A DNA stretch of 64,000 nucleotides from Promethearchaeota archaeon (GTDB lineage Archaea > Asgardarchaeota > Heimdallarchaeia > Hodarchaeales > Hodarchaeaceae), in the NCBI GenBank assembly GCA_048938105.1, contig JBHLMN010000002.1:346214-410213 (forward strand), given 5' to 3'. Below are positions 50,896 to 61,636 of the stretch, in pieces. The position numbers were made by a program, and so were the translations under genes. How positions within the stretch are numbered: position 1 is the stretch's first letter; every line of letters begins with the position of its first letter. The notes beneath the pieces were generated by a model. That model searched no databases, was not told the origin of the DNA, and was given only the letters and a program-made list of their open reading frames with translations.

Positions 50896-52431
50896 ATGAA
50901 TGAATTTGAATATCAGATTATAGATGTTTATGACAATATTAATCTGAAGGGAGGAGTTTTACAAAATTTACCTGCTTATTTGATAGTGTCATTCAATATT
51001 GAAAGAGAAGTTAAATACACCTTCATTGCAGAATCTCCTAAAGGTGAAATTACAGGTAATATATCGGGGAAAGCACAACCTGGTTTTAATCATCATTGGC
51101 GCGTTCCAATTCTTGAAGAACCAGGGAACTGGAAAATTGAGATTCATTTACATTTTGATAAGCCAGTGGGGATGATTCGTGAGGTTATTCCGATTCATGT
51201 TCCTTCAAACATATTCGAGTATCAGTTAGATGAGGAGGCCTCATGGGATGAAGGTTATTTAAAGGATTTAAGTGTACCAACTCAAGATGAAATTCAATAT
51301 GTTGATGTAACCTCCAGGTTCACCGAACTGGACGCTCATTGGTTACAAATAGATCCAGAACTAAAGATCTGGCGTTACATCCACCAAGACGTCGAAAGTA
51401 AACTAAAAGAAGAACGTTTTTTCCCGATTCTACTCATTCATGGTTTTCATTCAAACTATTCAACATGGAACTGGATGGTGAGATATCTATGGGCAGATGG
51501 TTTTCGTAATATTTTTGCAATGGCTTTATATGATGATACTCTAGGAGTAGAAACGAATACTCATCATCTTGAGAATGTTATTTACGAAATTTTACATCTA
51601 ACTAATCAAGAAGCGCTATATATCATTGGGCATTCGCTAGGAGGTCTTATTGGGAGATTCTTCGTTAAAACTTTTGATCCTAGAAAGGTTAAACTGCTGG
51701 TGACAATTGGTTCTCCCCATTTATGTGGTCTATCAAGATTACCAAGATTAGTTGCATTCAATATTATTAATCGAAGAGCTCAAATTACTAAGCGGGATCT
51801 AGAATTACATCCGTCAAGCACACTAAAAAAAACTCAAAAGATATTTACAGAAGCAGACTTGTATCTTCTGTCAATGGTCAATATCTGTGGCACAAAAGTT
51901 CGAGGAGGGGACACTGGGTTCAAATTTAAGGATAACCTTGTACCAGACATGATTAATCTTGGTGTGAACTATATACACACATCATTACATAAGAATAAAG
52001 ACACCTACAGCATTATACACAACCTAGTTTTTGGAAAATCGATTATTTATAAAATTCGTTTACTATATATCACCCCTAAAGTTGAGTCTCCAAAAAAGGG
52101 TAAAATTTATCTAAACTTCAGACCTAAGGGGCAGAAAGATTATCAACCATATCCATTCAAAGATTACATACTATTAGAGGAGAATAAACCCTATATTCCT
52201 CAAATCCCAATGATTGTCTTTACCTATTTGAGAAGCGAAAAGAATGTCAAATACGAACGGTTAGAAATTCAGATCTGTGATAAGAAAAAGCAAATATTAG
52301 CAGAAGATGAAATAATATTTGCTCTAGGCGCGAATAAACGGGTCAGTGATCATTTTAGTCTTGAAACAGGAACAGGATATGTAATTCAATTTGCTGTATA
52401 TTCGTATCGGCTTCATTATGGTCTTGAATAA
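50896..52431 (+). CDS. Alpha/beta-hydrolase (lipase/esterase-like) with extra N- and C-terminal beta domains
   Basis: LLIHGF, GHSLGG nucleophile elbow, TIGSPH. Confidence 0.82.
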   Translation: MNEFEYQIIDVYDNINLKGGVLQNLPAYLIVSFNIEREVKYTFIAESPKGEITGNISGKAQPGFNHHWRVPILEEPGNWKIEIHLHFDKPVGMIREVIPIHVPSNIFEYQLDEEASWDEGYLKDLSVPTQDEIQYVDVTSRFTELDAHWLQIDPELKIWRYIHQDVESKLKEERFFPILLIHGFHSNYSTWNWMVRYLWADGFRNIFAMALYDDTLGVETNTHHLENVIYEILHLTNQEALYIIGHSLGGLIGRFFVKTFDPRKVKLLVTIGSPHLCGLSRLPRLVAFNIINRRAQITKRDLELHPSSTLKKTQKIFTEADLYLLSMVNICGTKVRGGDTGFKFKDNLVPDMINLGVNYIHTSLHKNKDTYSIIHNLVFGKSIIYKIRLLYITPKVESPKKGKIYLNFRPKGQKDYQPYPFKDYILLEENKPYIPQIPMIVFTYLRSEKNVKYERLEIQICDKKKQILAEDEIIFALGANKRVSDHFSLETGTGYVIQFAVYSYRLHYGLE

Positions 52432-52436
52432 TCTCA

Positions 52437-53267
52437 CTATTGATAGAATTCAATTAGATCTTGAATTTGGGTTGGAGGGACACGAGTAAGTTTGTGGAGT
52501 AACTTATTGAATTCGTTCTGTTTGTTTGAAGAAACAGTAATATCTTCAATCTTTTTGTTAAATTTTAACTCAAGAAATTTAATATAATGTTTTTCTGTTT
52601 GTAGAAACAAGTTTCGTAATGAATACATAATATTATTAGTTATTTCTCTAGCTTTAGGGAAGAAATCAGCATCAGATTCAGTCCATCCCCCTTTGCGAGA
52701 ATATTGATGAAAATAGACTGGTTTTCCAAAGGAAATTGAGATATAGGATCCAAATTTTGGAATAATTGTCCCTGGTCTCAAAACTTCAGCTGTTCCATGA
52801 ATGTATACTGGCATTACTGGGATTTTACCATTTGTGGTGAGAACGATTCTACCGATTCCTGTGCGCCCTTCTTCAGCTAAGCTAAAATAGTCATGAAATG
52901 GGGTTCTATGAATTCGTCTACCTTGAGGAGTTATTAACACAGCAAAACCTTCTAATACGGATTTAGAGCTATAATCAAGGGCAGGTTTTGGATTCTCTCG
53001 GAAAATCGGTATTGCTCCTAAAATTAAGAGTATTCGACCAAAAAGTGTTCCTAACAGAATTTTTCCCGAGGCGATGAAGCCAAGGAATTTTCTTGGTCCA
53101 AAAGGTGAGAGAATGGCACTAATAACCATAAAACCGTCCAAATGAGATTGATGATTAATACACAAGATAATACCTTTACCTTCGGGAAATTTGTCTAAGT
53201 TCTCTCCTCCAATTATTTCAAACCGAAAAAAAAATCGAATAACTCGGGGTAAAAACGGTGTTAACAT
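52437..53267 (-). CDS. plsC: 1-acyl-glycerol-phosphate acyltransferase (PlsC family)
   Basis: NHQSHLD (HX4D), GAIPIFR, TPQGRR, VMPVYIHGT, FGKP. Confidence 0.85.
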   Translation of the reverse strand: MLTPFLPRVIRFFFRFEIIGGENLDKFPEGKGIILCINHQSHLDGFMVISAILSPFGPRKFLGFIASGKILLGTLFGRILLILGAIPIFRENPKPALDYSSKSVLEGFAVLITPQGRRIHRTPFHDYFSLAEEGRTGIGRIVLTTNGKIPVMPVYIHGTAEVLRPGTIIPKFGSYISISFGKPVYFHQYSRKGGWTESDADFFPKAREITNNIMYSLRNLFLQTEKHYIKFLELKFNKKIEDITVSSNKQNEFNKLLHKLTRVPPTQIQDLIEFYQ

Positions 53268-53371
53268 CAGGTACAGAGCTCTCCTTAGAAAAGACCACGG
53301 TTTATAAGAGTGTGCATTGATTGAAATAGATTATACCACCCTTAGGTGAAAATATTAGGTAGACTAGAAGT

Positions 53372-55081
53372 CTACCTAGACTCTGATTCTTCTCGTAAAG
53401 CTCTCTTGAGTACTTTACCGACTGAAGTGAGAGGTAATTCTTCTCTAAATTCCCATAATGTTGGTTTTTCATATTTAGACAAGTTTTCAATGGCAAAGAT
53501 TTTGATATCTTCTTCTATCTCATAAGTAAATTTAATTCCTTTCTTCAATACTACATAAGCTTTGACAATCTGGCTTCCAGGACGATTTGGATCATCTAGG
53601 CCAATAATTGTGGCTAACTCAATATCAGGATGCTTAGATAAGACATCACCGACATGAACACTGAAGACTTTGTAGCCACTGATGATAAGCATGTCTTTAA
53701 GCCTGTCAACAATCTGAATATACCCATCATCATCCATAATACCAACATCCCCAGTGTGGAACCAACCCTCTTTGATTGTCTTTTCTGTTGCTTGTTGATT
53801 GTAGAAATAGCCGCGAGTAATAGTACGGCCTTTAATCAAAATTTCCCCTGGTTCTCCAGTATTCAATTCTTCTCCTGACTCTATATCGACTATTTTTACT
53901 AATGTATCGGGGAGAGGTAGTCCAATTTTTCCCACTTTTTTCTTACCAAAAAAAGGATTGGAAATATTTGTTGTTGTTTCGGTCAGTCCATACAATTCCA
54001 TCACTTTATTCTCTGCTTGCATATGCTTTTCAAAATCTCTGATCATTTCTGCAGGAAAAGGTGCCGCGGCCGAAATATAGACAGTAATATTGTCTAAAAC
54101 GTCCTTTGGAATCTCTTTGGATTTGGGGTTATTCATTATCATCCCGTAAAGAGTGGGGACATTTCCCAATATTGTGGGTTGTTTTTCGATCATTGATTTG
54201 ATAATATGATCCGTATCTCGTGGATTAGGAATCAGAATCTGACTACCCGCTACCCATACCGCTTGGGTCGCCACAATTAATCCCCCAATATGGAACATGG
54301 GGAAAGCTGATAGTGCCACTTCTTTGTCGTCCATAGAACACCAATGTGTGAATTGAGTATGCATAGCAATAATATTACTATGAGTTAGTTCTGCTCCTTT
54401 TGGGGCTCCTGTAGTGCCTCCTGTATATTGTAGTAAAGCTAAATCGTTGCTTACATCAATTTCGACTTTCTTGACATTAATAGATGTATTTATTATGATG
54501 TCTGAGAATTTGAATACCTTTTTTCCAGGCCAATCATCCACTTTCCCCTTTGGGATTTTACCAATTAGTTTTCCAAAAAAAACAGCTATTTTGTTTAATC
54601 CCATATATTCTGAAATGTTCGTGGCAATGACAATCTCAAGAGTAGCAATATCATCCAATATTTTCTTCAATCGTTTATCATAAATAACATCCATAGTCAC
54701 GATAACTTTACTCTTACTGTTGTTCAATTGATATGTAACCTCGTTTTCACTTAAAAGAGGATTTAACCCCGAGGCTACAGCACCAGCAAGAAGAGTACCA
54801 AAATGAGCAATCAGATACTGAGGACAATTAGGTAAACAAATCGAGACCACATCTCCTCTCTCCACTCCATTTTGTTGTAAGAAGGAAGCAAATTTCTGTA
54901 CTAGTTCTAGAAGTTCTCTATAAGTAATCTCCCTGTTCAGCATCCAACAAGCAGGTTTATCAGGGAATTTACTCATAACACGAGTATAAAGAACACCAAG
55001 ACTTTCAGTTGGGTATTCTAGATTATTTTTTACATGTGAATCCCATGATTTCATCCACAAATCTGGAGTAATTTTCGACAT
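53372..55081 (-). CDS. Long-chain fatty acid--CoA ligase (FadD-like)
   Basis: YTGGTTGAPKG, YGLTE, FHTGD, DRLKD, LPLTSVGK; likely start MSKITP at 55081. Confidence 0.92.
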   Translation of the reverse strand: MSKITPDLWMKSWDSHVKNNLEYPTESLGVLYTRVMSKFPDKPACWMLNREITYRELLELVQKFASFLQQNGVERGDVVSICLPNCPQYLIAHFGTLLAGAVASGLNPLLSENEVTYQLNNSKSKVIVTMDVIYDKRLKKILDDIATLEIVIATNISEYMGLNKIAVFFGKLIGKIPKGKVDDWPGKKVFKFSDIIINTSINVKKVEIDVSNDLALLQYTGGTTGAPKGAELTHSNIIAMHTQFTHWCSMDDKEVALSAFPMFHIGGLIVATQAVWVAGSQILIPNPRDTDHIIKSMIEKQPTILGNVPTLYGMIMNNPKSKEIPKDVLDNITVYISAAAPFPAEMIRDFEKHMQAENKVMELYGLTETTTNISNPFFGKKKVGKIGLPLPDTLVKIVDIESGEELNTGEPGEILIKGRTITRGYFYNQQATEKTIKEGWFHTGDVGIMDDDGYIQIVDRLKDMLIISGYKVFSVHVGDVLSKHPDIELATIIGLDDPNRPGSQIVKAYVVLKKGIKFTYEIEEDIKIFAIENLSKYEKPTLWEFREELPLTSVGKVLKRALREESESR

Positions 55082-55659
55082 ATTTCTCACACTGATCTGC
55101 TTCATTCGATCGTAGTAAAAAATTATGATTGCAAAGTTCTGAAATGACTCATTAAGAATATTTCGATTATCTAATTGGTAAAATAACATGATTTCATGAG
55201 CGGTATCTTTATTCTATGAGACGAAAATGTTTCTATTCCTATAAAAAATTGAAAAATGGTCATCTCCCTTCTACAAAGATATTTTAAAAGCTATTTTAAC
55301 TGAATCTATATCATGAGAGTTGGGTACATTAAAGCTAATACAGTTAAATCCCATATCTGTAAATTCATGAAACAACTCTACCACTTCACTGATAATCATT
55401 GTATCTAATGCTACTCTAATGTTACCAAGTACAGTTAATTCAATATCACCTTAAATAGTGAAGGATTCATTTTTCTATTCTTCTAAATTCAGATACTTTC
55501 AAACCAGTTATTGAAGTTAATAATCTTTTTAATTCTTTAATTTTCAGATAATTAAACAAGATTGTATTGTTCATTATATAATTTATAGATAATACATTTT
55601 ACTAAGAAAAAAAGTTATAAATAATATTCCGTTCAAACAAACATTAATTACAATCAGAG

Positions 55660-56562
55660 GTGATTTGTATTCTTCAGCAAGTTGATTTTTCACCCTTAAT
55701 ATCCTTCATCGAATCATTAAGTCCCATTGTAATTACAATCACAGTATTTATTGCTTTTTTATTTTCACTGTGGTTCGTTGGGAGAATTCTGAAGTTTTTC
55801 ATCAGAAGAACTAAACGAATACCTACTGAAGCTCGAAATGGTGTTAGAAATTTTATATCAATACTACAGATATTCATAGGTTTTGTTGGTATTGCATTAA
55901 TATTTGATGTGGATCCTCAGTTAATTGTTAACACATCGACATTAGTTGCTACAGCAATTGGGTTCGCTAGTACATCTATTGCAGCAAACGTAGTTGGAGG
56001 ATTATATCTAATCATCACTCGTCCTTTTGGGGTAGGAGATTTCATTAGTGCCCAAGGAAATGAAGGAATCGTAATTGAGATCGGTTTACTATATACTGAG
56101 GTAATGCAACTTAATAAAACAGTCGTAACAATTCCTAACAGTAATTTGTTGACAGCATCTGTCCTAAATTCGAATATCATTCTTAGAAAAGATGAGAGTA
56201 CAGAAAAAAAGGAAAAAAGATATTCTATACCAGGATTCATTGGAAATGCTTTCAGAGAACCTTTTAGACAAAAGGAGATTGTTAGATATACAACTAAAAT
56301 TGAAGTAACCTATTCAGTAATTGATCCTCCTCTTACTACTAAAGAATTGGAAAACAGACTAACGACTACTCTAAAGGAAATATCTAACTCGCTTTTTGGA
56401 TATCCAATTGAATACTATTTTGGTGCCTTTACTTTCCGACAAGAGGTATATTTTATAATCACTGCAACCGATGCCAATCAATTATTTGACAACTATTCAC
56501 AATTTCTTGAACAAATCTGGAGGGGAATATTTCCTGAATTAGGAGGAGGTGCTTCTAAATGA
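55660..56562 (+). CDS. MscS-family channel
   Basis: AIGFAS...NVVGGLYL..RPFGVGD, IPNS. Confidence 0.85.
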   Translation: MICILQQVDFSPLISFIESLSPIVITITVFIAFLFSLWFVGRILKFFIRRTKRIPTEARNGVRNFISILQIFIGFVGIALIFDVDPQLIVNTSTLVATAIGFASTSIAANVVGGLYLIITRPFGVGDFISAQGNEGIVIEIGLLYTEVMQLNKTVVTIPNSNLLTASVLNSNIILRKDESTEKKEKRYSIPGFIGNAFREPFRQKEIVRYTTKIEVTYSVIDPPLTTKELENRLTTTLKEISNSLFGYPIEYYFGAFTFRQEVYFIITATDANQLFDNYSQFLEQIWRGIFPELGGGASK

Positions 56563-57389
56563 CATTTTTTCAAGCAGATACAGAACCACTTCTTGATCTA
56601 CCGTTGGAACTTAGGATTTTAATCTTCTTTTTATCCATTGTTGGAATATTTATTCTTCAACGAATCCTACAATTCATCATAACACGAACAGTGAGAAAAA
56701 CGGAAAAAGTATCACCTGATGCAGCTAATGGATTAAAAGTCATAGTTAGATTAGGAGCCGCGGTTTTGATCCTTTATGCTTTTATTTTCACATTAGAGAT
56801 GCCTCCAGAAGTCTCATTTGCCCTTTCAACCTTCCTAGGAGCAGCAGTGTCATTCGCTTCAGTTCAATCAGTTCAAAATTTTATTGCTGGATTCTATTTG
56901 CTCTTCAGTCGGCCATTTGAAATTGATGATCTAGTGAAGTTTGGGAATTCTGAAGGAAAGGTCGTTCAAATAACTTTAAATTACACTAAAATTCAAACAT
57001 TTGATTCTGTGTTTCATCTCATACCAAATAGGAATATATTAAGTGCTAATATTGTCAATTATTCCAGAAAAGTGAAGAAGCAAACTCAGGAGCAATCAAG
57101 TTTGAAAAGCCTTCGTACAGTATCAAATTTAATCTATGATGCGAAAAGAGAAGTTATTCATTATTCATTTCAATATCCATTTCCTTTAGGCGATCTAGGT
57201 GATGTTAAAGAGAAATTAGAGGATATTTTCAAGGCCTACCAAAAAAAATTTGGCTATCAACCAAAATTAGACCTTTATAAGATTGATTACGCTTTTTGGT
57301 TTAATATTCTTATTATTGCTGATCAAGCTGATAAAATAATTGACAATATATCATCTTTTGTTAGAGATATGAATGTAAAATTCTATTAA
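56559..57389 (+). CDS. MscS-family channel
   Basis: VSFAS...NFIAGFYL..RPFEIDD, EGKV, IPNR; ATGA overlap with the previous gene. Confidence 0.85.
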   Translation: MTFFQADTEPLLDLPLELRILIFFLSIVGIFILQRILQFIITRTVRKTEKVSPDAANGLKVIVRLGAAVLILYAFIFTLEMPPEVSFALSTFLGAAVSFASVQSVQNFIAGFYLLFSRPFEIDDLVKFGNSEGKVVQITLNYTKIQTFDSVFHLIPNRNILSANIVNYSRKVKKQTQEQSSLKSLRTVSNLIYDAKREVIHYSFQYPFPLGDLGDVKEKLEDIFKAYQKKFGYQPKLDLYKIDYAFWFNILIIADQADKIIDNISSFVRDMNVKFY

Positions 57390-57447
57390 ATCCCAATATT
57401 GAACTGATTTTGTGTATTGAGGATTACATCGCTCTTCATATGACAGT

Positions 57448-58491
57448 CTATCCTATCCCTTTGGCTACTTTTTTGTAAAACTCAATATTTTCAGAGATGG
57501 TTTGCATTACAGGCAAGCCATAAGGACATTTTTTCTCACATTCCCCGCATTGGTTGCATTTATTCCAGCTATCCACAGCAGGAGGCATCCACCGATTAAG
57601 GAATTCTTCACGGGGCCATAAGCGCCACATTCCTTTCGTAATCATCAACATTTGAATATACACACCTTGGGGGCAAGGTTGACACTCCCCACATTGTCTA
57701 CAAAGTTTCTTATTTAATTCCGTATGAATAGTTTCCATCATTTCTCGATCTTGTGATGTTAAATCCCAAGGTCTTTGCACGATCTCTACAATCTCTTCGA
57801 TCTCGGAGACTTTTTCAACCCCAGCTACAGGTAAAACTGTATCAAATTGCAGTAAGTACTTAATTGCTACATTAGCATTATTTATACTTCCACCTGCAAA
57901 TGGTTTCATCGCTACGAATCCCACATCATGTCTCTTGGCTAATGTTAGCAATTCTTCTGCAGGTTCGTTTCTTATGAAATTGAAAGGAAATAAAACTGTA
58001 GAAAAATCTTCTGAAATGATCGCTTTTCGAGCTATTTCTAATGAATGACTACTAATACCAATATAATTTATTTTACCCTCTTCCAAGGCTTGGTGTGCGG
58101 CTTCCATTGCTCCATCAGCTTTAAATAATTGCTTAAATGCACTAGGAGTACTAACATTATGGAATTGCCAGATGTCGATATAGTCTGTTTGTAAGTTAGA
58201 CAAGCTTTTCTTTAAACATTCATTGGCCATATCTTTATCTCGCCATCCTGTTTTTGTGGCAATGATTATATCATTGCGATAATCAGTAATAGCTTTTCCT
58301 ATGCGTTCCTCACTAGTTCCATAGGCAATTGATGTATCAATATAACTAATCCCTAACTCAAAGCACCGTTGGAGCACCTTTATCGCTTCATCTTCGGGTG
58401 GCCTTTGAATGGGAATACCTCCAATGCCAACCCTTGAAACCTTAAGGTTTGTCCTTCCTAACCTTATAGTTTTCATTCTAAAAAACCTCAT
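57448..58491 (-). CDS. Aldo/keto reductase with C-terminal 4Fe-4S dicluster
   Basis: LGRTNLKVS, IDTS.AY, IATK, MKPFAGG, CRQCGECQPCP, CNQCGECEKKCP. Confidence 0.9.
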   Translation of the reverse strand: MRFFRMKTIRLGRTNLKVSRVGIGGIPIQRPPEDEAIKVLQRCFELGISYIDTSIAYGTSEERIGKAITDYRNDIIIATKTGWRDKDMANECLKKSLSNLQTDYIDIWQFHNVSTPSAFKQLFKADGAMEAAHQALEEGKINYIGISSHSLEIARKAIISEDFSTVLFPFNFIRNEPAEELLTLAKRHDVGFVAMKPFAGGSINNANVAIKYLLQFDTVLPVAGVEKVSEIEEIVEIVQRPWDLTSQDREMMETIHTELNKKLCRQCGECQPCPQGVYIQMLMITKGMWRLWPREEFLNRWMPPAVDSWNKCNQCGECEKKCPYGLPVMQTISENIEFYKKVAKGIG

Positions 58492-58558
58492 TCATCTGTT
58501 ATTCATCTTATATATTATTTTAAGGCATTATAGTGATTTAATTAAGTGATTTCATTAT

Positions 58559-59533
58559 TTATTTTTTATAGACAAGAATAATTTCAAAATCATTGAATTC
58601 TGGTATTAATTTTGCCAAATTAACTGCAATGGTGGAACTAGCATAAAAACGGAAATTAAGTCGAAGTGGAATGTCTTTCCACCCCAAATTTACACATTCT
58701 TTAGCAAGTTCAAGAAACATCCTCCTCCATGCATTATGATATCCTGGTCGTACTGCTGAAAATCTCAATAAGATTCGTTCTTCCTCACCACTAAGAACAG
58801 TTGTTCCTGGTTGAACTCTCAGAATGGCTCCTGTAGCCACTACTTGATTTTTATGAAAAATCAGTACAACATTCCCATCTTTGAGGACTTTATTCTTGAA
58901 ATAGTTCATTGCTACTTCTTGGGTTAAAAATTGCCAATTTGGATCTACTTTGCATAGTTCAATTAACGACTCAAGATCATCCAGGGTTGCAGCTCGACAG
59001 GTGAATGAAGAAATTTCATCTGTTATTTTCCACTTGCAAACTTCATTAATATTGAAATCATAAGAGTAGTAGTACAGACGCTCTTTTTCAAAGAATCCTC
59101 TTTTTTCAAAAAATTTTATTCTTTCTTCAATCCCTTCTATATCGAGCACTTGGGGAGCAGTAATTTCATCGGTAAGTTCCCGCTGTAGTAAATATGCTAA
59201 GACTTCATCAAAGATTTTCTCTTGTACTTCACTTGGACAAGCTGGTAGAGCCCAAGGAAAACTAATATGTGTTCTACCTGCATGCGAAGTTGAGTCTGTA
59301 GCTTGTACGTACGCTAATGGTTCATCACTTTCTGTTAGTGCATATATAGTTGTTTTTGGGTCTTTTTTTTGGTCTTTATATCGTGCTCTGATCTCTTCAC
59401 CTGAAACAGTGCGACCTGTTACTTCTGAATAAATTTTCGCTTGGAGTTCTTCAAGTCCTTGGTTTGGTTCATATTCTCGATAAATTACTTTCATTTTTTT
59501 TTCCTTTATATCATGTGTATTCATCATAGTCAA
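58559..59533 (-). CDS. Tandem GNAT-fold-like hypothetical protein, paralog of 60513..61448
   Basis: YREYEPNQGLEE, LAYVQ, FPWAL, FFEKRGF. Confidence 0.6.
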   Translation of the reverse strand: MTMMNTHDIKEKKMKVIYREYEPNQGLEELQAKIYSEVTGRTVSGEEIRARYKDQKKDPKTTIYALTESDEPLAYVQATDSTSHAGRTHISFPWALPACPSEVQEKIFDEVLAYLLQRELTDEITAPQVLDIEGIEERIKFFEKRGFFEKERLYYYSYDFNINEVCKWKITDEISSFTCRAATLDDLESLIELCKVDPNWQFLTQEVAMNYFKNKVLKDGNVVLIFHKNQVVATGAILRVQPGTTVLSGEEERILLRFSAVRPGYHNAWRRMFLELAKECVNLGWKDIPLRLNFRFYASSTIAVNLAKLIPEFNDFEIILVYKK

Positions 59534-59569
59534 TTAGATTTTGAATAAAGCATTTAATTCACTGGAATT

Positions 59570-60481
59570 TTAAGTTAAGTGATAGCATGAGTATTGTAAA
59601 TGACTTTTCTTTGTCTCTATGGCTACTTTATATTGATCAAAGTAATTATTCTTGATAAAATCAGTGAAAGTGTAAATTGGGAAGTTAGAATGATTATCTA
59701 TTATTTCAGTCAGAATTTCAATTGCATATTTGTAATCTTGCCTAATTATTTGCTTTAATGTTGGGCAAGAGATAAGAGATCCAAGTTTCTTGTAATATTC
59801 CTTTATACGATAGCTCCATTCACCACGATTTCGTCGATCTAACCTATATATTATTGGTGTTGCAATCTCCCTAAGATTAAGAGATTTAGATGAGACATAT
59901 TGCCAAAAAACTAGAGGAAACGAATATCCTGCATGATCAAGAGTATTTGGAAGGTATTTTGCTCTATAACCTTTTAATCCACAAAAAGCATCTGTTAATT
60001 CCAGATTAAAGCACTTATTGATTATTTTTGTTATTAGCATGTTTATGACATAACGATCAATTGGGACTTTTGTATTCTGATGCCAAAAACGATAGGAAAG
60101 ATAGCGACTTGTGGAAACCAAATCAATATTAGAATTAGAATCAAGAAGATCTAAGATCTCCTTAATGCTAAAAGGGGCATGTTGACAATCAGCATCAAAT
60201 GTGATCAAAACATCATATTTTGATTTTGTTTGCTGAAATAGTGTCAGAATTGAATTACCATACCCTAGGGGCCCATCCCAATGCCTGATGTATTTGAAAG
60301 GATATTGCCTTGCTAACTTTTGATAAATTTCTCTAGATTTATCAGTACTCCCATCATCTAATAGTAACACAGTTATTTCATATTTTGAACATTCTGAAGT
60401 TAAAAATTCATAAAGAGAATGAAGGCACTCGGAAATGTATGCTTGTTCATTATAGAGAGGAATTCCAATTAATACTTTCAT
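59570..60481 (-). CDS. GT2 glycosyltransferase (DPM synthase-like)
   Basis: IPLYNE, DDGSTD, GYG, FDADCQH, TDAFCG.K. Confidence 0.88.
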   Translation of the reverse strand: MKVLIGIPLYNEQAYISECLHSLYEFLTSECSKYEITVLLLDDGSTDKSREIYQKLARQYPFKYIRHWDGPLGYGNSILTLFQQTKSKYDVLITFDADCQHAPFSIKEILDLLDSNSNIDLVSTSRYLSYRFWHQNTKVPIDRYVINMLITKIINKCFNLELTDAFCGLKGYRAKYLPNTLDHAGYSFPLVFWQYVSSKSLNLREIATPIIYRLDRRNRGEWSYRIKEYYKKLGSLISCPTLKQIIRQDYKYAIEILTEIIDNHSNFPIYTFTDFIKNNYFDQYKVAIETKKSHLQYSCYHLT

Positions 60482-60512
60482 TTATATTTATTCTCCATCT
60501 CAGCTCACTGCT

Positions 60513-61448
60513 CTAATCAGGAAAGACATAAAGAACAGCAATTTCCTCAATAGTGTCTTGTAATTGTGCCAGATGGATTGCATTCATTGAATACCCAAAA
60601 AATAATGTGCTAATTCTTAAAGGAAGATTCTGCCAACCACTCTTGAGGCAATCTTTAGCAACTTCAATAACCAACCGTTTCCAAGCATGAGGATGGTTTA
60701 GTCGTGTTGCTGATGTTAAACCGATTATTTCAAGTCCTTTATCTTTTCCTTTTGTTAATTTTCTACGATATGGAAGTCCTACAGAGACTATTTGGCTATC
60801 TTTAAGTATTATTTTGTTATGATCATCCTTTAGAAAGGTACTTTCAACGTAGTATTTTGCCTCCTCAACACTAGGAAAAACATCATACATGTAATTATCC
60901 GCATGACAGACTTCTATTATTTGGCCAAGATCTTCAGGTGTACCTGAACGACACACATAAGAGGCAATTTCAGTATTCATCTCCCAATTAAGAACATCCA
61001 TTACATCGAAATCAACACTATAAACATAAAGATGTTCCTTTTCAATAAATCCTTTCCTCTGAAAAAATGTAATGCGTTCATTAGTGGTAGGTGTATCAAA
61101 TACAACTTCCCCTGCTAGTACTTGGGGATGAATAGTGTCCTTTAACCACGTTACTAACTCATCAAAGATTTTTTCTTGAGCTTCAGGAGGGCAATCCGTT
61201 AGAGCCCAAGGATAGCTAATAATATATGTGCCTGGTCTTGCAGCCCATTTACTGGTTTGAACATATGCTAAAAGCTTATTATCTTTCGTTAAAACATAAC
61301 GGGCACTTAGTGGATCTCTCTTCTCCCCTTTGAAGCGCCTTTTGATTTCCTCTGCATCTGCAGGAAGTCCTGACACTTCCATATAGACTTTTGCTTGTTG
61401 TTCTTCTAATCCTTGATTGGGTTCATAATGACGATAAATTAAATTCAT
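60513..61448 (-). CDS. Tandem GNAT-fold-like hypothetical protein, paralog of 58559..59533
   Basis: YRHYEPNQGLEE, LAYVQ, YPWAL, FFQRKGF. Confidence 0.6.
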   Translation of the reverse strand: MNLIYRHYEPNQGLEEQQAKVYMEVSGLPADAEEIKRRFKGEKRDPLSARYVLTKDNKLLAYVQTSKWAARPGTYIISYPWALTDCPPEAQEKIFDELVTWLKDTIHPQVLAGEVVFDTPTTNERITFFQRKGFIEKEHLYVYSVDFDVMDVLNWEMNTEIASYVCRSGTPEDLGQIIEVCHADNYMYDVFPSVEEAKYYVESTFLKDDHNKIILKDSQIVSVGLPYRRKLTKGKDKGLEIIGLTSATRLNHPHAWKRLVIEVAKDCLKSGWQNLPLRISTLFFGYSMNAIHLAQLQDTIEEIAVLYVFPD

Positions 61449-61480
61449 TACTATTCATTCTCCTTAATTTTCGCAGTTAA

Positions 61481-61518
61481 TGACAATGATTGTAATCATT
61501 GTCAATAATTGTAATCAT
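61481..61518. promoter_or_regulatory. Perfect 11-2-11 palindrome plus an extra partial copy; candidate operator between divergent genes
   Basis: TGACAATGATT-GT-AATCATTGTCA (61481-61504); ATTGTAATCAT recurs at 61508-61518. Confidence 0.7.
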
Positions 61519-61636
61519 ATTTATTTAGTTTACCATTGTGGCTAACCTTTATCTAATATCAGAATAGCCTCTGAAATAAGGCCTGTTCACTAAATTTTAG
61601 ATTAAATTCACTATATTTTTCCATGAGGACCTCATA

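Noticed and set aside
55271-55450. 59-codon minus-strand stop-free stretch (GDIELTVLGNIRV...) upstream of the acyl-CoA ligase, perhaps a gene remnant
   Set aside because: No start codon at its 5' end and no motif I can assign with confidence.
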